From an uncultured Planctomycetota bacterium (GTDB taxonomy: Bacteria; Planctomycetota; Planctomycetia; Isosphaerales; Isosphaeraceae): a stretch of DNA of 64,000 nt. The first letter of the stretch is position 1. The number at the start of each line of letters is the position of its first letter. The notes under the pieces were generated by a model. It saw nothing but the letters and a program-made list of their open reading frames with translations, had not been told where the DNA came from and searched no databases. The stretch lies in NCBI GenBank assembly GCA_963737655.1, contig CAVTTN010000002.1:960001-1024000 (forward strand), read 5' to 3'. Shown piece by piece: positions 40,446 to 52,822 of the stretch. A program made the position numbers and the translations under genes.

Positions 40446-43400
40446 ATGAATGGGTTAATCCGCGCATCCCTGAAGAACCCGTACGCCGTGACGGTCATGG
40501 CCCTGACCATCATCGCCGTCGGCTACGTCTGCGCCACGAGCTTGCCGATCGACATCCTCCCCGTGTTCAAGAGCCCGGCCGTCCAGGCCCTGACGTTCTA
40601 CGGCGGGATGCCCGCCACCAGCGTCGAGAACGACATCACCAACCGGATGGAGCGCTGGACCGGCCAGGCCGCCGGGACCCAGCGCCAGGAGTCGCGGTCG
40701 ATCACCGGCGCGAGCATCGTCCGCAACTACTTCTTCGGCGACGTCGACCCCAACGGGGCGTTGACCCAGGTCAATTCGCTGGCGCTCTCGACGTTGCCGA
40801 ACCTGCCGCCGGGCACCCTGCCGCCGGTCGTCCTGCCGTTCGACCCGACGAGCACCACGCCGGTGGCCCTGGTGGCCCTGGACAGCCAGACCGGCGGTCC
40901 CACCGGCAAGGGCTGGGGCGAGTCGATCCTCTACGACGTCGGCCGCTACGAGGTCCGCAACATGATCGCGGGCATCCAGGGCGCCGTCGCCCCGGTCGTC
41001 TACGGCGGCAAGGTCCGCGCCGTGATGCTCTACCTCGATCGCGACAAGATGCAGGCCCGAGGCCTCTCCGCCCTGGACGTGATGAGGGCCGTCGACGACT
41101 ACAACCTCTTCCTCCCGACCGGCGACGCCAAGTTCGGCACCACCGACTACGCGCTGGACTCCAACTCGATGTACGCCGACGTCAAGGACATGGGCGGCAT
41201 CCCCCTGAGGACCAAGCAGGGCAATTCGGCGTACGTCCGCGACGTGGCCACGCCCGAGGACGCCAGCTTCATCCAGACCAACGTGGTCCGCGTCAACGGC
41301 GCCCGCCAGGTGTACATCCCGGTGTTCCGCCAGCTGGGGGCGAGCACCCTGAAGGTCGTCAACACGCTGAAGGACCAGCTCCCCGGGATGGAGGCCCGGC
41401 TGACCCGGCCGGACATCAAGCTCAAGACCGTGATGGACCAGTCGATCTACGTCCGCAAGTCGATCGAGAGCCTCGTCCAGGAAGGTCTCCTCGGCGCGGC
41501 GCTGTGCTCGCTGGTCATCTTGCTGTTCCTGGGCGACTGGAAGATGACGGTGATCGCGGTCCTGACCCTGCCGTTGTCGGTGCTCGGGGCGCTGATCGGC
41601 CTGTACGCCACGGGCAACTCGATCAACGTGATGACGCTGGCCGGGCTGTCGCTGGCCATCGGGCCGATGGTCGATAGCGCGATCATCTGCCTGGAGAACA
41701 CCCACCGCCACCTCGGCCTCGGGGCGAAGCCCGAGGAAGCGGCGTTCCTCGGGGCGAGCGAGGTGGCCCTGCCCGAGCTCGTGGCCATGCTCTGCACGCT
41801 GCTGGTGCTCTCCCCCCTGGCGCTGATGCCGGGCCTCGGCCAGTTCCTGTTCCGGCCGATGGCCCTGGCGGTCACCTTCGCCATGGTCTCCTCGTACCTG
41901 CTGTCGCGGACGTTCGTGCCGGCGCGTTCGGCGGGCTGGCTGAAGGCCCACGCCCACCCGGCCGTCGGCCCCGGCCACGAGGTCCCCGGCCACCGCGAGC
42001 CCGAGGAGGCGGAGACCTTCAAGATCAACGGCAACGGCAACAATCAGGGCTACGACCACGACCACGCCTCCCGACCCGGGCTCGTGCAACGCGCCTTCGC
42101 CTGGTGGGAGGCCCGGATCGAGGACGGCATCCGCTGGTATACCCGGCTCCTGAACCGCATCCTCAACGCCCGGATCTTCGTCGTCCTGACGGCCGTGGCG
42201 CTGCTGGCGGTGGTCCTCCTGGGCTTCGGCTCGCAGCTCCGCCGCGAGTTCTTCCCCGAGGTCGATGCCGGCGCCTTCGAGATGTACGTCCGGGCCCCGT
42301 CCGGGACGCGGATCGAGGACACCGAGGCCCGGATCGCCAAGGTCGAGGAGTTCCTCGTCAACACCATCGACAAGGCGTCTCTGCCGCCCGAAGAGTACGA
42401 GCGCCGCAAGAAGATCCGCGAGGACGTCAAGCTCGGCAAGGCGGCCCCCGCCGAGGCGGAGAAGGACGGGGAAGGGCACGGCGAGAAGGCCGAGTCGGAC
42501 CTCCAGCTCTACATCTCCGAGATCGGCGTGACGCCCGACTGGTCGGCCGCCTACACGCCCAACGCCGGCCCGATGGACTCGGTCGTCCGCGTCCAGCTCG
42601 AAGGGGAGCGGAAGCACTCGGCCCAGGAGTATGTGGACATGCTCCGCCGAGGGTTCGCCAACGACCCGAGCTTCGGCGACCTGGAATTCTCGTTCGACGC
42701 CGGGGGGATGATCCGAGGCGCCATGAACGAGGGCAAGGCCACCCCGATCAACATCCGGGTGACCGGCAAGAACCAGCAGAAGGCCTACGACGTGGCCGCC
42801 GCGATCAAGGCCAAGGTCCAGCCGATCGACGGCGTGGTCGACGCCCGGATCATCCAGAGGTTGAACTATCCCGAGTACATCATCAACGTCGATCGGGCCA
42901 AGGCCGCCGAGCTCGGCCTGAACCAGGAAGACGTGATGAGGACCATCGTGGCCGCCTCGAACTCGTCGATCCAGTTCAACAAGAAGAACTTCTGGATCGA
43001 CCCGATCAGCCACAACCAGTACTTCGTCGGCGTCTCCTACCGGCCCAAGGACATCAAGTCGATCGAGACCCTGCTGGACATCCCGATCACCGGCCGGAGC
43101 ACCAGCAACCTGGACAGCGCGACGCGGACGGTCCCGCTGCGGAACATCGTCAAGATCGACCGGACGCAGGTGCCGACCGAGGTCGTCCACTACAACGTCC
43201 AGCCGACGATCGAGCTGACGATGGGCGTCCAGGGCCGCGACCTCGGCCACGTGGCGGCCGACGTCGAGCAGGCGATCTACGAGTTCGGCGAGCGCCAGGC
43301 CGACGGCACCTGGGTCCCCTTCGAGAGGAAGTCCGGAGGCGCCGAGAAGGCGCTCATGAAGGGCACGAAGATCGTCCTCTCCGGCGAGTACGAGCGGATG

Positions 43401-43976
43401 CAGAACACGTTCCGCGACCTGGGTTTCGGCCTGGTCGGGGCGTCCCTGCTGATCTACTTCCTGATGGTCTCGCTGTTCAAGTCGTACGTCACGCCGCTGG
43501 TCATCCTGTTCGCCGTGCCGATCGGCCTGGTGGGCGTGGTGACGCTCCTGTTCGTGACGGGGACGGCGATCAGCGTGCAGTCGCTGCTCGGGGTGATCTT
43601 CATGGTGGGCATCGTCGTGTCCAACACGGTGCTGCTGGTGGACTTCGCCCAGAACCTCAGGACCGAGGAAGGGCTCACGCCCGACGCGGCGATCCGCAAG
43701 GCGGCGTCGGTGCGGGTCCGCCCGGTGGTGATGACGGCCCTGGCCGCGTTCTTCGCGCTGATCCCGATGGCCCTGGGCGTCGAGCGCGGCAGCGAGGCCA
43801 ACGCCCCCCTGGGCCGGGCGGTCATCGGCGGCCTCGTGGCCGGCCTGGTGACGACCCTGCTGGTCGTGCCGTCGCTGTATTCGCTCGTGGTCAAGGACGC
43901 GCCGGGAGCCGGCCCGAGGCGCGAGCCCCGGCCGGAGACCGAGCCCGAGCCGACGCCCGATGCCGGTTGGGCCTGA
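40446..43976 (+). CDS. RND efflux permease (AcrB/CusA family)
   Basis: LPIDILP, INVMTLAGL.LAIG..VD, RVRPVVMT, PLGRAVIGG. Confidence 0.95.
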   Translation: MNGLIRASLKNPYAVTVMALTIIAVGYVCATSLPIDILPVFKSPAVQALTFYGGMPATSVENDITNRMERWTGQAAGTQRQESRSITGASIVRNYFFGDVDPNGALTQVNSLALSTLPNLPPGTLPPVVLPFDPTSTTPVALVALDSQTGGPTGKGWGESILYDVGRYEVRNMIAGIQGAVAPVVYGGKVRAVMLYLDRDKMQARGLSALDVMRAVDDYNLFLPTGDAKFGTTDYALDSNSMYADVKDMGGIPLRTKQGNSAYVRDVATPEDASFIQTNVVRVNGARQVYIPVFRQLGASTLKVVNTLKDQLPGMEARLTRPDIKLKTVMDQSIYVRKSIESLVQEGLLGAALCSLVILLFLGDWKMTVIAVLTLPLSVLGALIGLYATGNSINVMTLAGLSLAIGPMVDSAIICLENTHRHLGLGAKPEEAAFLGASEVALPELVAMLCTLLVLSPLALMPGLGQFLFRPMALAVTFAMVSSYLLSRTFVPARSAGWLKAHAHPAVGPGHEVPGHREPEEAETFKINGNGNNQGYDHDHASRPGLVQRAFAWWEARIEDGIRWYTRLLNRILNARIFVVLTAVALLAVVLLGFGSQLRREFFPEVDAGAFEMYVRAPSGTRIEDTEARIAKVEEFLVNTIDKASLPPEEYERRKKIREDVKLGKAAPAEAEKDGEGHGEKAESDLQLYISEIGVTPDWSAAYTPNAGPMDSVVRVQLEGERKHSAQEYVDMLRRGFANDPSFGDLEFSFDAGGMIRGAMNEGKATPINIRVTGKNQQKAYDVAAAIKAKVQPIDGVVDARIIQRLNYPEYIINVDRAKAAELGLNQEDVMRTIVAASNSSIQFNKKNFWIDPISHNQYFVGVSYRPKDIKSIETLLDIPITGRSTSNLDSATRTVPLRNIVKIDRTQVPTEVVHYNVQPTIELTMGVQGRDLGHVAADVEQAIYEFGERQADGTWVPFERKSGGAEKALMKGTKIVLSGEYERMQNTFRDLGFGLVGASLLIYFLMVSLFKSYVTPLVILFAVPIGLVGVVTLLFVTGTAISVQSLLGVIFMVGIVVSNTVLLVDFAQNLRTEEGLTPDAAIRKAASVRVRPVVMTALAAFFALIPMALGVERGSEANAPLGRAVIGGLVAGLVTTLLVVPSLYSLVVKDAPGAGPRREPRPETEPEPTPDAGWA

Positions 43977-44125
43977 TCGTCGCGGATGGGAGGCTCACGG
44001 CGGCGCGCCCCGGGGAAAAACGCTGGCCCGGGCGCGCGCCGGCCTTCCGATCCTCATCAGGAATCGCAGGTGAGACCGGCCCTCGACCGCCGTTCGGGGG
44101 CAGACCGACCGAGAGGGCCCCGTCC

Positions 44126-44940
44126 ATGATCCGTCGCCGCCGGGCCGCCCGATTCCGGCCGGAGGTCGCCTCGCTGGAAGCCCGGGCCCTGCTCTCCGGG
44201 GCCGGCGTCCACACGCCCCGGCCGTCCGACTTCCACAAGGCGTATACCAACCTGCTGACGATCCGCCTCCAGGCCTCGGCCAGTTCCACCTCGCGGGTGA
44301 GCTCGGCCTTCCAGGCATTCGTCCAGAACTACCTGGGAATCCCGGTGGCCGCCCAGGGCAAGGCGCCCACGTTCACCGGCTCGACCAGCCCGGGGCCGGG
44401 CGGCGCCCCGGCGGCGGCTCGCCCGGCAGCACCCCGCCCAGCGGGCCGCCGGCCTCGGCCGGGGTCGTCCCGGTCGGGACCGTCCCGGCCGTCCCGTCGC
44501 TGGACAACTACCTCAGCCAGCTCAGCGACCAGGTCTCGCTCGCCCTCCAGACCTACATCCCCACGACCAACCGAACCCAGCCGTCGGTCCAGACCGGGCC
44601 GAAGTTCACGCCCGACGCCGCCCGGGCCCTGATCCCGTTCGCCCAGCAGCAGATCGAGACGCTGGGCGAGGAGATCCGGGCGAATCCGCCGATCTACAAC
44701 GCCAACGGCACCCTGGCCAACGCCCAGCCGTACAACGCGACGGAGGCGGCGTTCAACGCGATCCTCAACGCCGAGGCGGAGAACAGCGTTCATCCGAATC
44801 TGTTCACCTCGCCGGGCGACTACTACATCAACCCGTCCGTCCAGTTCAAGTTCCCGTTCACGACGGCCCCGGCCGATGCGGGCTCCGGGTACTTCGTGAA
44901 GGGGCCCGGCGGCGCCCGCCTCGGTCCGGGTCGCCGCTAA
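44126..44940 (+). CDS. Secreted LExR-motif protein (frameshift at about 44410-44480)
   Basis: RFRPEVASLEARALLS; coding-like downstream frame ends at TAA 44940. Confidence 0.7.
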
Positions 44941-45019
44941 CGAATGGGGCCGGAGGGGACTTCCCTCGGTCTCGCCGCCGTCTTTCCTTCCCCCTATGGG
45001 CCCCTCGGGACGTTGCATC

Positions 45020-46013
45020 ATGAGTGAGCCGATTCGGATCGCCATCTCCGGGGCCGCCGGCCAGATCGGCTATGCCCTCACCTTTCGCATCGCGGCCGGG
45101 GCCATGTTCGGCCAGGATCAGTCCGTCGAGCTCCAGCTCCTGGAGGCCCCGGGTCGGCTCGGCCCCCTCCAGGCCGTGGAGATGGAGCTGAAGGACTGCG
45201 CCTTCCCTCTGCTCTCCAACGTCCGAATCGGCACGTCTCCCCGAGAGGTCTTCGCCGGGGCCGACTGGGTCATCCTCCTCGGGGGGCCCCGCGATGGGGC
45301 GAGGGGCAGTCCCGCCGCGAACTCCTGCTGCACAACGGGCCGATCTTCATCGAGCACGGCCGCGCCATCAATGACTCCTGCCCGTGCGCCCGGGTCCTGG
45401 TCGTCGCCAACCCGTGTAACACCAATTGCGCCATCGCCCGGTCCTTCGCCCCGGACGTCCCCCAGGAGCACTGGTTCGCCCTGAACCGCCTGGAGCGGAT
45501 GAGGGCCACCGCCATGCTCGCCGAGAAGGCCGGAGTCCCGGTCAACCACGTGACCCGGATGACCGTCTGGGGCAACCGGGGCCCGTCCATCTTCGCCGAC
45601 TTCCACAACGCCTTCATCGGCGATCGCCCGGCGCCGGAGGTCATCCGCGACGACGCGTGGGTCCGGGACGTCTTCGAACCGGCCGTCGGCCGTCGGAGCC
45701 TGGAAATCATCCGCCTCCGGGCGCCTCGCCCGCGGCCACCGCCGCCCAGGCCATCCTCGGCACCATCCGCTCGATCACCACGCCCACCCCGTTCGAGAGG
45801 CGGTTCGGCGCCTCGGTCGTCTCCGACGGCAGCTACGGGGTGCCCCGGGGTCTGGTCTTCGGCTTCCCCCTGACGTCCGAGGACGGCAAGACCTGGTCGG
45901 TCGTCGAGGGCCTGTACCTCGACACCTACGCCCAGGAACGGATCTCCGCCAACATCGCCGAGCTCCAGCATGAGCTGACCATCGCCAACGAGTTCATGGG
46001 CACGGCCGTCTGA
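45020..46013 (+). CDS. mdh: Malate dehydrogenase (frameshifts near 45290 and 45720)
   Basis: GAAGQIGY, MELKDCAFPLL, VVANPCNTN, VWGN, SDGSYGVP.GLVFGFP. Confidence 0.9.
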
Positions 46014-46348
46014 CCGATCGCCCGCGTCCGCCGGACCGCGCGGCCGCCGCCTGATCGCTGAGCCTTCCTCCCCAGACCTCCCAATCGACGGCGACCGCCG
46101 GCCCCCATGCTCCCGGGGCCGGCGGTCGCTGTTGCATGCGCGTCGCTCGGGATCACGACGGCCCGGACCCCGACGGAGCGGTCCGGAATCCGGGGGCGGC
46201 CAGGGCCGTTTCCTTCTCGGTGGAACGATTCTTCCCAAGTGCCCTGTGGAAAACCCATCGAAGCATCGACACGAGTATGTCCGAATTCAGTCGGACCTAC
46301 TCGGTTGACCTCTTCGATCGGGGTTTACTACAGAGCACTTCCGAAGGG

Positions 46349-46394
46349 TTTTGTGTGGCACGGATTCCGAGGACGGAACCCGTGCCACACAAAA
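46349..46394. repeat. Strong hairpin (REP-like element or bidirectional terminator)
   Basis: 15-bp perfect inverted repeat TTTTGTGTGGCACGG / CCGTGCCACACAAAA plus inner stem. Confidence 0.75.
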
Positions 46395-46725
46395 TGCTCC
46401 CGGCCGAAATCTCTGGGAAGAGGAAACGGCCCTGCGGGGGCGGCCGATTTCGTTGCAAAGAAGCAACACGGCGAAAAACCTCCAGCGAATTGGACTCCGA
46501 ACGGATGGCGCCCCTCAGGATTGCCTTAGTTACCTGGGGAGACCCGATGCAAGCCGTCCCCGCCTCCGAGAAATGGACGTCGGAGGACGGCGTCCCCTCG
46601 CCTTGACCGGAAGGATGTCTTCCGACGTGCGACCTCGTCGAGCGAGGTCCAACCGACGGCCCCGGTGCTCCGCCCTCTCAGGCCCCCGAAACGGCGCTCC
46701 TCCAGCCAGCTCCGGAGAATCCTCG

Positions 46726-49700
46726 ATGAGCCTGCCGACGATGCCGCCCTCTCCCGGCTTCCTGTCCCGTCTGCGGAGACGAGGACGGCCCCGCAGACTT
46801 CTGCGCTCGGTCCTCGAGCCGTTGGAAGGGCGTGTCGTCCCGGCCACCGTCCTTGACGGGGGCACCTCGACGCTGACGATCCACCTCGACGCGAACGACC
46901 ATTTGAGCCTGGAGGCGAACGCCTCGTCCTACACGATTTCGATCACCGCCCCCTCGGGTGTGGACAGCGAAAACGGCCCGACCTCCGGGAAGCTCGTGAA
47001 CAAGGGCATCCAGTCGGGGAATTTCGACAACCCCCCTCCCCAGAACCTTTCGACGACGTCGCTGACGGTCAATTCGAACGGGGTCAGCGACTACCAGTCG
47101 ATTCTGATCGATGATTCCCTCGGGACCGGCTCCGCGGTCAATCTCCTCGATAGCAACGGGAATGTCTATGCGGCCAATATCGGGATCGATCTGGAGAACA
47201 GCCCGGGGCCGCAGTCGGTCCAGGTCCAGAGCACGGCCTTCTCCGGCAACGCCGGCCTGACGGTGAAGACGACCGACCAGATCCAGGTCCTCTCCGGGTC
47301 GCAAACCTACTCGATCGCGACGGGCACCGGCGCGGTCAGCCTGACCGCGGGGATCGGCGGAGGCGCCAACTTCGCCTCGGGGGACTACATCGGAGTGGAG
47401 GTCGAGGCCCCGATCGAGACGAATTCGGGCCCCGTCACCGTCGTCGGCAACGGATCGACCGCCGCGGACCCCTCGAATGATTCCAGCGAGGGCGTCCGGA
47501 TCATCAACAACGGCCTGATCCTCACCTACTTCGGCTCGATCTCGGTCTCCGGGACGGCCGGCTCGGCCAACTACAGCGCCGTGGCCCTCACCAATACCGT
47601 CGGCGCGTACACGGGTATCATCTCCACCTTCGGCAACATCAGCATCACGGGCGACGGCGGGACCACGACCTCCGGCGTGTACGTCGGCGACGGGAGCTTC
47701 GTCAAGTCGCTCGGCACCGGGGCGAACGCCGGGACGGTCTCGATCCACGGGACCTCGACGAACTACTTCGGCGTGGATGTCAACGACGCCGCGGTATCGA
47801 CCTCCGCCGGGAACGCCTCGATCACCGGGACGACGGCCTCGACCAACGGCGGGATCGGCGGGGTGGCGGTCATCAACGACGGAGCCGTCACCTCGTCCGG
47901 CAACGGGTCAATCACCATCGCGGGCCACGCCGACGACCCGAATTCGACCGTCGATGGGATCACGGTCTACAACGGGGCCTCGATCACCGCCACCGGGGCC
48001 GGCGGCGTCTCCCTGACCGGCACCTCGGTCGGCCACTACGGCATCGTGATCACCGACGGCGGGACGACGGTCTCCGCGGCCGACGGCCCCCTGAGCCTCG
48101 ACGGCACGTCGAGCGCGACCGGAGGCGGGCTCGGCGGAGTGGCCGTGATCAACGGCGGGGCCATCGGCACGACCGGCTCCGGCTCGATCACCGTCCACGG
48201 GACCGGCACCGGGGCCGGGTCGATCGCCAACGGCACGCTGGTCTACGGGGCCGGGGCGATCACGACGACCGGCACCGGGGGGATCGCCATCACCGGCTCG
48301 TCGGTCGGGCAGGACGGCGTGAACCTGTCCGACTCGAACTCGAAGGTGACGACGGCCGGCGGGAACATCTCCATCTCCGGGACGACCGCCGCGACCGACG
48401 GATCGCCCGCGGTGGCGATCCAGAGCGACGCCTTGTTGGGATCGACGGGCGCCGGGAACATCTCCATCGGGGGGACCGCGACGGGCTCCGCCCAGGGGAT
48501 CGGGCTCTACAACTCGTCGAGCGTCCAGTCGGCCGGAGGGGTGATCTCGATCATCGGCCAGGGGTCCGGCAACGGCGGCATCGAGGTCTCCCAGGGCGTG
48601 ACCCTCGGCACGACCGGCGGCTCAGGGATCACCCTCCAGGGCACGGACACCGCCTCCTCCGGCGACAACAGCGACGGCATCCGGTTCGGCGGCACCGGCC
48701 CCAGCATCACGACCGTCGATGGCGACATCGCCCTGATCGGCCAGGCCGGAGGCGACGACGCCCTCCAGCTCGACCCCGGCTCGACGGCGACCCTCAGCGC
48801 CTCGGGCGCCGGCTCCATCACCCTCTCCGGCACGAGCACCGCTTCGGGCTCTTACGGCGAGGGGATCGAGGCCGGGAGCCTCGCCATCACCACCAAGACC
48901 GGCAACATCTCCATCTCGGGGACCACCAGCAGCGAGCACGGCATCTCCCTGAGCAACTCGACGATCCAGGCCACGGCCGCCGGGGCGATCTCCTTCGACG
49001 GCACGAGCACCACCACGGCCACCTACGGCGACGGCGTCCAGTTGGATACCGTCACCGTCGGCTCGGCCGGCGGCGGGATCTCGTTCACCGGCCACTCCGC
49101 CTTCAACAGCGGGATCACGCTCCAGAACTCGGGCGTCTCGACGACCGGCTCGGCCACGATCACCCTGGACGGCACGAGCACCACCACGGCCTCGGCCGGG
49201 CAGGGCATCGAGCTCGACACCGCCTCGATCGCCTCGGTCGACGGCAAGATCGCCCTGACCGGCTCCAGCACCGACAACGACGGCATCGCCCTCTACAGCA
49301 GCTCCACCATCCAGGCCACCGGCGCCGGGGCCGTGGACCTCAACGGCACGAGCACCGCCACCGATTACAGCTACGGCAACTATGGGGTGGCGGTCAGCCA
49401 GTCGCAGGTCAAGGCGGCGGGCGGGGCCCTGACGGTCGAAGGCTCGTCGTCGCTGACCAGCAACCCCATCGGCATCCTGATCCAGGACGGCTCGACGGTC
49501 GGCTCCTCGGCGCCGGGCTGACGATCACCAGTTCCCGGGCCTTTTCCGAGGATTCCAGCAGCACCCTCTCGGGCTCGGTGGTCTCGATCGCGATCGACTC
49601 GGGCCAGAGGGCGCCGGGAACTTTCGCCGACGTCTACGGGACGATCAACAGCGGCTCGACGATCACCCTGACCGGCAATTCGCTGGCCGAGACGATCGAC

Positions 49701-50745
49701 TATCGAGCCCAGCTCGGCCGGGGCCCGCGTCTCGCTGATGGGCGGCGGCGGAGGCGACGATTACATCCTCACGCCCGGCACCCTGGGCGAGTTGATCTAC
49801 GTCGTCGAGGGGGCCGATTCGGCCTCCGACACCGTCAGTGTGATCGGCACCAGCGGCGACGATTCGGTGATCATCCAGCCCGAGACGCCCGGCTACGGCC
49901 TGGTCTCGTTCGTGAACCTGGACGGCCACATCGTCAGCTTCAACGCCGCCCCGGGGAACCTCTCGGTCGCCGGCGGTCTCGGCAATGACTCCTTCAACGT
50001 CACCCCCCTGGCCGGGACGACGATCTCGGTCGACGGCCAGGCCCCGTACTCCACCGCCACCGGCGACTCCTTGACGGTGACCGCCCCCCCGGGCCAGACG
50101 TCCTCGCCCAGCTTCAGCGACGCCTACGACGGCACCTTCCACACCACCGGCGGATTCGGCGACGTGAACTTCGCCAGCATCGAATCCGTCACCGTCCCCC
50201 TGGTCACCGTCGTGCACTTCTACGCCCTCTACGGCAACGGCCTGTCCTACGACCTGTCCACCACGCCGACCCGCGACCTCCCCTGGCAGGTCACCGGGTT
50301 CCGTGCCGTCTTCAGCGAGGCCGTGAACGCCTCGGCCGGGAGCCTCTCCTTCACCGGCACCGGGGCGCCGACGGTCGGCTCGTTCTCCGGCTCGGGGACG
50401 GCCACGGTGACCTGGACCCTCTCCAGCCCGGCGACCCTGGCCAATGTCACCGCCTCGATCGCCTCCAGCGGCCCGTACGCGGTGACCGGGGCCTCGGACA
50501 ACGCGATGCTCGACGGCAACCCGAACAACCCCGGCCCCGACCCGTACTCCGAGGCGATCAAGATCCTCTACGGCGACGTGGACGGCGATACCACCATCGG
50601 GGCCCGCGACACGGCGATCTCGCTCGCGGCCTCGCAGATGAGGGCCGTCCCGGTCGCGGCCCTCTACCTCGACGTCAACGGCGACGGCAAGGTAGACTCC
50701 GCCGATTACAACATCGTCCGCAGCCAGGCCGGCAAGCATCTATGA
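46726..50745 (+). CDS. Large secreted beta-repeat adhesin-like protein with C-terminal dockerin-like domain (frameshifts near 49515 and 49710)
   Basis: LEPLEGRVVPA; Gly/Ser/Thr-rich GxIxIxG repeats; GDVDGDTTIGARD...DVNGDGKVDSADY. Confidence 0.85.
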
Positions 50746-50803
50746 TCCGATCCCGGCCCCGCCATCCTCCGATCCCTGGCCCGCACCAACCCGAGGACCG
50801 CTC

Positions 50804-51427
50804 ATGATCCGCATCCCCAGACGTCCCGCCGGCCTCCTGCTCGCCCTGATCGGCCTGGTCCTCCTCCCCGGGCCTCGGGCCTCGGCCGACGTCTTCATCG
50901 AGGTCGATCCGATCCTCAACGTGGCGGCCGGGTCCACGGGGAACGTGTTCGACGTGTACCTCTACACCTCGGCCGACGTCCCGGACCTGGTGTCCTTCGG
51001 CGTGAGCATCTCGGTGCCGACCGGGTCGGGGATCAGCCTGGTCAGCGGCAGCGAGGGGACGACCGATCCCTACATCTTCTCGGCCAACAACACCGGTCTT
51101 CAGTTCAACAACCCCTCCGGGCCCGAGACGGGCTACCTCGGCGACGACGCGAGCCCTTCCACGTCGCTGACCGGCGGCCAGTACTACGGGCTCGGACGGA
51201 TCTCATTCGACGTCAGCGGCTCCACCCCGACCGGGGACTACGCCCTGACGATCGACCCGGGCGACTCGCTGTTCGACTCCTCGTTCAACCCGATCGCATT
51301 CACGCCGCTCAACGGGGTCATCCACGTGACCAATGCCGTCCCCGAGCCGGCGTCGATCGTCCTCCTCGGCCTCGGGGGCATCGCCCTGGCGCGCCGGGAC
51401 CCCCTCCGGAAGCGTGCGTCGGCCTGA
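50804..51427 (+). CDS. PEP-CTERM protein with cohesin-like domain
   Basis: Signal peptide; beta-sandwich pattern ...GRISFDV....PTGDYALTI...NGVIHV; VPEPAS, TM helix, basic tail. Confidence 0.8.
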   Translation: MIRIPRRPAGLLLALIGLVLLPGPRASADVFIEVDPILNVAAGSTGNVFDVYLYTSADVPDLVSFGVSISVPTGSGISLVSGSEGTTDPYIFSANNTGLQFNNPSGPETGYLGDDASPSTSLTGGQYYGLGRISFDVSGSTPTGDYALTIDPGDSLFDSSFNPIAFTPLNGVIHVTNAVPEPASIVLLGLGGIALARRDPLRKRASA

Positions 51428-51511
51428 GCCGGGACCCTCGGACCGCGATCCGCCCGACCGATCCCCTCCCGAAGGGACCGGCGGGCGTTCCCGCGCGCCG
51501 AGGCCGGCCGA

Positions 51512-52731
51512 TCAGCCCTCGATCAGGTCCCGGTAGAAGTCCAGCGTCCACCTCGCGATGCTCGTCCAGCTGAAGAACTGCTCGACCCGCTCCCGCGATC
51601 TCTGCCCCATCTGCCGGAGCCGCTCCGGGTCGTCGAGCAGCTGGTTGATCGCCGAGGCGAGGTCTCGCGAGAACCCGTCCGGGTCCTTCGGGTCGAGCTC
51701 GGCGTGCCCTTTCGGGGCGAACGGGACGAGCAGGCCGGTCTCTCCGGGGATCACCACCTCCTTGATCCCCCCCACCGCCGACGCCACCACCGGGGTCCCG
51801 CACGCCATCGCCTCCAGGTTGATGATCCCGAACGGCTCGTACACCGACGGGCACACGAACAGCGAGGCGTGCGTGTTCAGCGCGATGATCTCTTCCTTGG
51901 ACACGACCTTGGGGATCCAGACGATCGGGTTGGCCGTCTGGCGGCGGGCCGCCTCGACATGCTCGGCCATCTCCCGGCCGATCTCCTCGGTGTCGGGCGC
52001 CCGGCGCACAGGACGACCTGCACGCCCGGCCGGATGTGCTGGATGGCATCGACGAGGTAGATGATCCCCTTCTGCCGGGTGATCCGCCCGACGAACAGGA
52101 TGAAGGGCATCGCCGGGTCGATCCCGTGGCGAGTCAGGACCGACGGGTCCGTCGTCGGCCGGTACTGATCCAGGTCGATCCCATTGTGGATCACCCGCAC
52201 CTTCTTGTACGGAACTCCATACAGCATGTGGACATCTTCGCGCATCGCCTCGGAGACCGCCACCACGCCGTCGGCGTTCTCGTAGGCCGTCCGCTCGACC
52301 CACGAGCTGGCCCGATAGGCGGTGCCGAGCTGCTCGACCTTCCACGGCCGATGGGGCTCGAGCGAATGGGTGGTGAGGACGAGCTTCCCGCCGGTCAACT
52401 GCTTCGCCAGGCAGCCGGCGAATTGCGAATACCAGGTGTGGCAGTGGACGATGTCCACCCCGGAGAGCATGCCGGCCATCACGAGGTCCTTGAGCATCGT
52501 GCCCAGGAATTTCTCGTGGCGGGGGTCGGAGGCGGGCAGGGGGAACTTCGGGTCCACGCCCCGGACCGTGAGGTTCCCCTCGCGCACGTCCTGATCGCCG
52601 AAGCAGAGGACCTCGATCGAGTGGCGGCCGTCGTCCAGCTTCGCCAGCTCCCGGGTCAGGTACTCGACGTGGACCCCGGCCCCCCCATAGATGTGGGGCG
52701 GATATTCGTTGGTGAGGATGGCGATACGCAT
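51512..52731 (-). CDS. glgA: GT4 glycosyltransferase, GlgA/GlgM (maltose-1-phosphate synthase) type (frameshift near 52005)
   Basis: EYPP.IYGGAGVHV, HCHTWY, HSLEP.RPWK.EQLG, FVGRITRQKG, PSVYEPFGIINLEAMAC. Confidence 0.9.
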
Positions 52732-52822
52732 CGAGATCAGCTCGGCTCGGAGAGGATCGACCCGGGTCCGTCGGCCGCCGCCGATCTTGCCCGAACCGGA
52801 CGCCCCGGGCAAGACGGCCGAT

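Noticed and set aside
46400..46560. Riboswitch (c-di-GMP-like) upstream of the adhesin
   Set aside because: Some hairpins are present but the consensus could not be matched by eye; needs an Infernal/Rfam scan
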